Part shown: positions 61,179 to 64,000 of the stretch, piece after piece
Layout of the letters: each line of letters starts with the position of its first letter
Numbering within the stretch: the stretch's first letter is position 1
Origin: Setoptus koraiensis
Taxonomy: Eukaryota; Animalia; Arthropoda
Assembly: GCA_048013815.1 (NCBI GenBank)
Contig: CM106586.1
Span: forward strand, 11,656,001 to 11,720,000
Reading direction: 5' to 3'
DNA length: 64,000 nt
Program-made: the position numbers and the translations under genes
The notes under the pieces: generated by a model
What the model saw: the letters and a program-made list of their open reading frames with translations, nothing else
The model's database searches: none
Told to the model about the DNA's origin: nothing

Positions 61179-61726
61179 TTATCTGTTGATCTGGCGCTTA
61201 ATTTTTGCCGACATAATGAGCCTTGGCTGCAATTTTCTATTTGATTTAACAGAGGTCGATGTGAGAAAAGATCCCTGATTCTTTAGATCCAACGGAGAGC
61301 CCAAAATAGTTTTCGATGATATGTGGCCAGCTTTGCTGTTGCTACTGGCAACTGGAAAGTTACGAAAAGTAGTCACAGTGCAAATTTACAATTGCGCATT
61401 TGTGCAGAAACAGAAAATGGCAGATGGATTAATTGACGCGTCTATTACGACACAACGTGCTTGTATCGCATCATCGATAGACGCATGCACTTACCTGGAA
61501 TGAGTTGGGCCGATGTGTGCACTGTGACACTTTTGACAGGTAGATGTGTTGCAGTTACTGGGTGGACCTGTGTCGTTGTAACAGTTGGTGCTATAGTCGA
61601 TGAAAGTGTTTTTGTGTTTGGGTGTGCAGTTGTTGTGTGTGTTGCGTCGGTAACAGCGGCCGCTACAGCAGCGCTATGTATTGGTGATACAAATGTGTAT
61701 AAGATGGGAAGTCTGATTTCCAGCAT
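61179..61726 (-). CDS. Thr-rich mucin-like protein with basic tail, two exons (intron 61494-61352); 5' end uncertain
   Basis: T/V/H-rich ORF. Phase-1 donor ccag|gtaagt and acceptor tttccag| join ORFs 61445-61735 and 61179-61376 in frame. Confidence 0.6.
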
Positions 61727-61829
61727 GATGACCACTTACTAGCTTGTAAGTTGTTGTTGTTATTGTCTTGTTACCATTCAAATGGCTAACAGTTTGAGAT
61801 GTTGGTGTCTTGGCATTCTCTCCAGCTCT

Positions 61830-62090
61830 TCTCACTATTTTTTTGTTGTAGTTCACTAAAGAAGACGTCGTTTAGAGTCGAAATTATCCTTATATCTCAG
61901 CTCTCTCGAGTTGAAACAGGGCCTCAAAGTTGAAATTCTGAGAAAAGTGGGCGTGTCTGGTCAACGAAAAACTAGAAACAGAAATAAACCAGATTTCTGG
62001 TTCCATCCGAGAGAGACCTTTTCAGCCATATCCTATTTTCAAGAATCGAAGACCAAAAATAAAAACACTCTAAAATGAGACAACCCCTTA
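61830..62090 (+). mobile_element. Repeat family R1 copy
   Basis: Colinear with 54365-54620 and, for the second half, 26146-26270. Confidence 0.88.
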
Positions 62091-62476
62091 TTGCGCAATT
62101 TTTGCGTTCTCGTGATCTTGAATAGAGCGAAAAATGTGCAAATCGTGTATATCGTCTGCAATGCTTATCACATTGGAATCGATGTATTCAAGTCAATGAA
62201 TCGTATACTACTATTATTGTGATGCGCGGCGCTTGGCGGGATAGGTAGAATTCTGTCGATCATGTTCCCAAAATCCGATATCATCTAAATAGAGATACTA
62301 GGCAGAACGGCAGTGGTTGGAGCTAGCGGGACATTCACTGACATTCGACTTTTAAAATCAGATTCATACTGATATGCTAAATCATGTTGTTTCCATCAAA
62401 AACCTTGTAGAGAGGTTCACCGGCAAAAACAAATAAGAAATTTTTCATTTATTGGTAACGTACGTTTCGATCGGTT

Positions 62477-64000
62477 ATGAGTGAAAAGAAACATCGAGTC
62501 TTTATAGATAGTGAGCCAACAAGTGCCACAGACAAAGTGAAATGGAACGCATTTACAAGCATTCACTCTAAAAATAGCGTCAAAGACCTCATTCGTTTAT
62601 GTCACCAACAAAAAAATGGCCATTCTATTTTACAAAAACCAGACAGCAGAGGCCTCTTTCCGATTCATTGGGCCTCAATAAACAATCGACCTGACATGAT
62701 TGAATACATGATCTTGCATAAAATTCCAAGGGATCTCGCCTGCCGTGACGATAGCCTGCATGGAGCCCGACCATTGCACTTAGCCGCTCTCAATGGATCC
62801 ATTGAAGCTGCTTCATCGTTATTATTGAGTGGCCAGGTCAACAAAGACACGGATACCATGGCCAAGAGCATAATATCTATAATTGATAGTCTTGATTCAG
62901 TTGGCCAGACAGCACTCATGCGATGCGCCATTAGTAGAAGTAGTAGCAGCGATTTATGCCCTGATTTTCTCACAGGCAGGAACACCTGGTCTCTTGGAGC
63001 AAGGCCCTCTCAAATGGCGTTGTATCTCATGGTGATGGGAGCAGATTGGCGAATCGTTGACATTCGAACAGGCTTCAACTTGATGCACTTAGCCGTCATC
63101 AACGATTGCCCAGATATAGTCCATTTGTTGTTGGCCATTGATGATAGCCTTGCCAATATGCACAGTGATGCGCCTGTCCACCGATCAAGCAACGGTGCAC
63201 AATTCAATCAAATACATTTAGTTGATGATGATTCGGACACAATAAAAACATTTGACTACTCGACTTTGCTAGGTGGTAGACACAATAGGCTAAAAAGTAA
63301 AAAGTTACAATTAGAGAAGGTGGAGCGCCCTTTGCTGCCCTTTGATTTGGCAATTATTTACAAGCGACCCTATATCTTAAGATTGCTGTGGAAAACAACG
63401 GATCTGAGCAAGTCTGTCATTTACAAGAGGCTGCTTGTCCATAGCAGTTATATGAATAGCAAGCGCACTAGGAACAAATCAGCAGATACTAGTGAATCTA
63501 ATTCGGATGAAATGAATAATCTGATTTTTAGAACTTATTTAACTAGCAGAAAAGAATCAGTTAAATTGTTAAGGTTCCACATAACACGATTCATATTAAT
63601 TATAGAATTGTTATTGGCTGCGCTATGGTGGTATCCCAAATACATGACTGCTTTTTTGAAAGATTCAACGAATGGTGGCAATCACTGGCTTTCGCATGCC
63701 ACATTCATGCTAACGTCGTCGCTCACAATTCTTTTTGGTTGTCGGACAAGTTTTAAAGATCCCGGCTACTTGAAACGTAACACAATACAGTATTTAAATG
63801 AGCTTATTGTGTTGATAAAACGAAATCCTTGTTTTAAAAAGAAACAATTGCATGCCATCGAGGACAACACTAGCGAAACGTTGAAAACGACAAGTAAAAA
63901 CAACAAAAATAATCAACAAATGAATGAAAATGACAGAGAAAGTATTCCAATCGAGCAAAGAGTCAAGTTATTGTGTCATTGGTGCAAATGTTTGAAAAAG
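62477..64000 (+). CDS. Ankyrin-repeat DHHC palmitoyltransferase (ZDHHC17/13, Hip14/Akr1-like), 3'-incomplete; absent from the ORF track because it has no stop in the window
   Basis: Open from ATG 62477 to the window end. PIHWASINNRPDMIEY, PLHLAALNG, GQTALM, LMHLAVIND; two TM segments; KDPGYL; LCHWCKC at the start of the Cys-rich domain. The DHHC motif itself lies beyond the window. Confidence 0.87.
   Translation, partial: MSEKKHRVFIDSEPTSATDKVKWNAFTSIHSKNSVKDLIRLCHQQKNGHSILQKPDSRGLFPIHWASINNRPDMIEYMILHKIPRDLACRDDSLHGARPLHLAALNGSIEAASSLLLSGQVNKDTDTMAKSIISIIDSLDSVGQTALMRCAISRSSSSDLCPDFLTGRNTWSLGARPSQMALYLMVMGADWRIVDIRTGFNLMHLAVINDCPDIVHLLLAIDDSLANMHSDAPVHRSSNGAQFNQIHLVDDDSDTIKTFDYSTLLGGRHNRLKSKKLQLEKVERPLLPFDLAIIYKRPYILRLLWKTTDLSKSVIYKRLLVHSSYMNSKRTRNKSADTSESNSDEMNNLIFRTYLTSRKESVKLLRFHITRFILIIELLLAALWWYPKYMTAFLKDSTNGGNHWLSHATFMLTSSLTILFGCRTSFKDPGYLKRNTIQYLNELIVLIKRNPCFKKKQLHAIEDNTSETLKTTSKNNKNNQQMNENDRESIPIEQRVKLLCHWCKCLKK

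Overview
AT-rich, gene-dense, very intron-poor eukaryotic DNA. It is probably a small-genome arthropod such as a mite, which is inference from gene content and spacing only. No prokaryotic features, RNA genes or CRISPR arrays were seen. Recognisable genes: ANKRD13-like, BTB-BACK, NudC/CS-domain, GAPDH with terminal extensions, a head-to-head pair of testis-specific-type Ser/Thr kinases (TSSK), two divergent enolase-phosphatase E1-like HAD proteins, an atypical DUSP, KLHL10, pyrroline-5-carboxylate reductase, and an ankyrin-DHHC palmitoyltransferase running off the right edge. Many orphan single-pass membrane proteins lie between them. Together these suggest a male-germline gene neighbourhood. 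At 55.4-60.6 kb an ABAB tandem array of small Cys-containing membrane proteins shares one promoter-like module, has near-identical spacers and has highly divergent ectodomains; this is the best candidate for an undescribed system. A 500-N scaffold gap (12841-13340) is followed by about 10 kb almost devoid of G on the + strand. This is the most striking signal, but I judge it most likely an unpolished long-read artefact. Transposon content: gypsy RT relic, MULE relic, hAT MITE with TSD, a long-TIR element and two dispersed repeat families. All counts and alignments were done by eye.
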